IMG/VR virus record: IMGVR_UViG_3300034136_000001
Location: 1 to 40,178 of that record
Strand: one strand, 5' to 3'
Origin: a virus
DNA length: 40,178 nucleotides
This document shows positions 39,623 to 40,178 of this stretch, one piece after another (position 1 is the first letter of the stretch; each line of letters begins with the position of its first letter). Both the position numbers and the translations under genes were made by a program. Under the pieces are notes generated by a model that saw nothing but the letters and a program-made list of their open reading frames with translations, was not told the DNA's origin and searched no databases.

Positions 39623-40178
39623 ATGGGTTTTTTTGATGGTATAAAACGGTTCCTCGGCTTCGACGACGACGAGGACGACAGGAAGAAAAAGCCGCAGCAA
39701 CAGCAGCGGCCCAATAATTCACGCCAGCAATCTAATGCACCGCGACCTGGTAATATCGTGCTACCTACGCAGCGCCAAGATGACCCCCAAAAACTTCAAG
39801 CGCCAGTAAAAAGGCCGGATAATACTATTTCGCTTGTCGGCCAACCGGATTTGCCGGAAGTCTTGAAAAAAGCAGTCCAGCCAAAGCCAAAACCGCAGCC
39901 CAAAAAAGATGACGGCATTATGAGTAACGCCGAGATCGCCGTCCGTTCCGCCGGCTCTGTTGGGGCTAATGTTGCCGGCGGGCTTGTCGGCATGGCAAAG
40001 GGCTTAGTTGAAGTGCCCGGCGCTTTGCTTCAAACGCCTAAACTCGTTAAAATTGGTGCGGCTAAAGTAACCAAGAACAAGGTCGCTGAGAATAATGCCG
40101 CCAAGACACAGGGCAATTTAGAGCAATGGTCAGATAACTACAGCAATTTTGTTAAACCAGTTACCGAACCTCTCAAGA
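39623..40178 (+). CDS. Giant virion protein, 5' part. It has no stop in the window and continues at base 1 through the 127-bp overlap.
   Basis: The ATG at 39623 lies 8 nt after the upstream TAG. I checked the frame codon by codon and it is open to the window end. Base 40052 is in phase with base 1 of frame 1. Confidence 0.7.
   Translation, partial: MGFFDGIKRFLGFDDDEDDRKKKPQQQQRPNNSRQQSNAPRPGNIVLPTQRQDDPQKLQAPVKRPDNTISLVGQPDLPEVLKKAVQPKPKPQPKKDDGIMSNAEIAVRSAGSVGANVAGGLVGMAKGLVEVPGALLQTPKLVKIGAAKVTKNKVAENNAAKTQGNLEQWSDNYSNFVKPVTEPLK
40052..40178. repeat. Terminal direct repeat, copy 2
   Basis: Identical to bases 1-127. Confidence 0.95.

Noticed and set aside
39628-39634. The T7 homopolymer directly after the start codon of the giant gene, and the G7 run at 33543-33549, as phase-variation tracts.
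   Set aside because: These are single short runs with no alternative in-frame continuation. Nothing in a single sequence can show length variation. They are noted only for checking against reads.
40052-40178. The 127-bp terminal repeat read as a genuine phage direct terminal repeat that marks the packaging ends.
   Set aside because: The repeat lies inside an uninterrupted coding frame of a virion gene, and the frame is continuous across the join. This fits an assembly overlap of a circular or permuted genome. Read-level data would be needed to say more.

Overview
The window appears to be one complete, circularly closed dsDNA phage genome of about 40,051 bp of unique sequence. Bases 1-127 are repeated exactly at 40052-40178, and this repeat lies inside an open reading frame, so it looks like an assembly overlap rather than physical genome ends.

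Layout:
- A long plus-strand virion and lysis block runs from 38584, through the junction, to 22830. It contains two ejection-like proteins (one about 1548 aa once joined across the junction), adaptor- and nozzle-like proteins, portal, scaffold, a DUF2829/Tad2-like ORF, the major capsid protein, a glycosyltransferase-like ORF, two fibre proteins (one collagen-like with a beta-helix), a three-domain endolysin and a small moron. The large terminase is a lone minus-strand gene inside this block.
- A minus-strand RNA operon lies at 22872-23340.
- A tightly coupled minus-strand early, replication and recombination operon lies at 23440-32830. It encodes a ParB-like protein, a YqaJ exonuclease, a Sak4-like ATPase, an SNF2 helicase and many small ORFs.
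- A noncoding control region of about 890 bp lies at 32831-33720 and carries two repeat families.
- A plus-strand early-right operon lies at 33741-38548. It encodes an XRE HTH protein, a P4/D5-type helicase, an HNH-like protein and a VRR-NUC nuclease.

I could not recognise an integrase, a DNA polymerase, or tail tube, sheath or tape-measure chaperone genes. A short-tailed, host-polymerase-dependent phage is therefore likely, but this is inference.

Most unusual features:
- The RNA operon, which holds a tRNA-like gene with 48 nt in place of the anticodon loop and a 170-nt structured RNA I cannot classify.
- A recurring TACAAT -10 element placed 6-10 nt before ATG start codons, which implies leaderless mRNAs.
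- An array of seven copies of the palindrome TTGTGTACACAA.
- Identical 14-nt repeats bracketing the lysis cassette.
- A glycosyltransferase-like gene beside a capsid gene whose product, like several other virion proteins, has a Thr-rich tail.

All functional calls come from motifs read by eye. None has been checked against a database.
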